From contig CP006913.1 in the NCBI GenBank assembly GCA_000503875.1, positions 960,001-992,000 on the forward strand: 32,000 nucleotides of DNA, in the 5' to 3' direction. Origin of the DNA: Candidatus Saccharimonadota bacterium (GTDB lineage Bacteria > Patescibacteriota > Gracilibacteria > Absconditabacterales > Absconditicoccaceae). The notes below the pieces were generated by a model. That model saw only the letters and a list, made by a program, of their open reading frames with translations, searched no databases and had not been told where the DNA came from. A program made the position numbers and the translations under genes. This document shows, piece by piece, positions 31,337 through 32,000 of the stretch; positions within the stretch are counted from its first letter, which is position 1; each line of letters opens with the position of its first letter.

Positions 31337-31630
31337 ATGGCATTTTTTATGGAAATATGTAAGGGAATATTCTTTTTTATCACTATGGTAGTCGGTCTAT
31401 TTTTCCTAAGAGGACAAGATATTGTAAACCAACAATCATTTGTGATTATAAAAGAGATTTTGATGCCAGGTTACTTGATTTTTTGTGGAATTATGTTAGG
31501 ATATATTCTAGCTCGCATAAATATAGGATACAACGAACAACATGACGACGAAACCAAAATATATACAAAATATTTCCTAATAGGAACTAGCGTTTGACTT
31601 ATTCTTGCTGTTATTTACATTGTTTTGTAA
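31337..31630 (+). CDS. Small membrane protein (97 aa, about three TM helices)
   Basis: The track ORF is extended through TGA 31595-31597 to TAA 31628-31630. Confidence 0.55.
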
Positions 31631-31632
31631 TT

Positions 31633-32000
31633 ATGAAAAAAAACATCATAGGGTTAGTTATAGTACTATGATTATTCATGTGATGATGTACAAAAAAAGT
31701 AGAAAAACCCATCATTTTTGATCAGTATCATATTATTTTAACAACAGAATATATCTATCAAGAAATTGCTGCAAATACTATGGCCTGAGCTCCAGCAATT
31801 AAACAATATATACAAGAAAATGAGACATGATTTGCTGGTTCGATTATTATTGCAAAAATACAATTAGAAACAGGTATGGATATCTCAACATTTGCAACAT
31901 ACAATAGTAAATCAATAACAAGAAAAATAATGGGAAGTAATAAACCATCTACAGATAAATTCTCGTTTGAATGTGGCTCATGATCTATAGATTGAATTCT
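31633..32000 (+). CDS. Lipoprotein (3' partial)
   Basis: The N-terminus reads MKKNIIGLVIVLGLFMGGC, with both Gly of the lipobox region encoded by TGA. The frame is open to the window edge. Confidence 0.65.

Noticed and set aside
1-32000. TGA read as Trp (code 4, Mollicutes-like) as the explanation for the fragmented ORFs
   Set aside because: The TGA codons fall on positions that are invariant glycines in P-loops, SAM motifs, the GIY-YIG motif and lipoboxes. Trp is not tolerated at those positions.
1-32000. CRISPR arrays, rRNA or tRNA genes, transposases and integrases
   Set aside because: I looked for regularly spaced direct repeats, cloverleaf-compatible sequences and tyrosine/serine recombinase or DDE motifs in all six table-25 frames and found none I could support.

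Overview
The window only makes sense if TGA is read as glycine (genetic code 25, used by Candidatus Gracilibacteria and Absconditabacteria/SR1). Under the standard code every gene breaks into the short ORFs of the supplied track. With TGA as sense and only TAA/TAG as stops, long gap-free genes appear, and the TGA codons fall on invariant glycines (P-loop, SAM-binding motif, GIY-YIG, MurC N-terminus, lipoboxes). My layout has three blocks. (1) 1-10.4 kb, + strand: a siphovirus-type late module (tape measure, Dit-like, Tal-like, a 1155-aa modular receptor-binding protein, two small membrane proteins, an M15 endolysin) ending in a terminator. (2) 10.6-21.9 kb, + strand: a cargo/defence block. It holds a class II Fic protein, an Eco57I-like type IIG restriction-modification enzyme plus a separate N6-adenine methyltransferase, an 809-aa AAA_13/RloC-like ATPase, a two-nuclease-domain DUF2779-like protein and a GIY-YIG/DUF4357-like nuclease. 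(3) 21.9-26.5 kb, - strand: a phage early module (HTH protein, small proteins, PD-(D/E)xK exonuclease, RecT, and a 440-aa replication-initiator-like protein with an internal iteron-like array). This is followed by a 0.6-kb regulatory region (26.5-27.1 kb) containing a candidate small RNA. From about 27.1 kb on the content looks chromosomal: small acidic ORFs, a membrane protein, three lipoproteins and murC. I interpret the window as the right-hand part of a prophage in a code-25 CPR bacterium. No integrase, att site, tRNA, rRNA or CRISPR array could be supported. All family assignments come from motifs read by eye and need HMM or structure confirmation.
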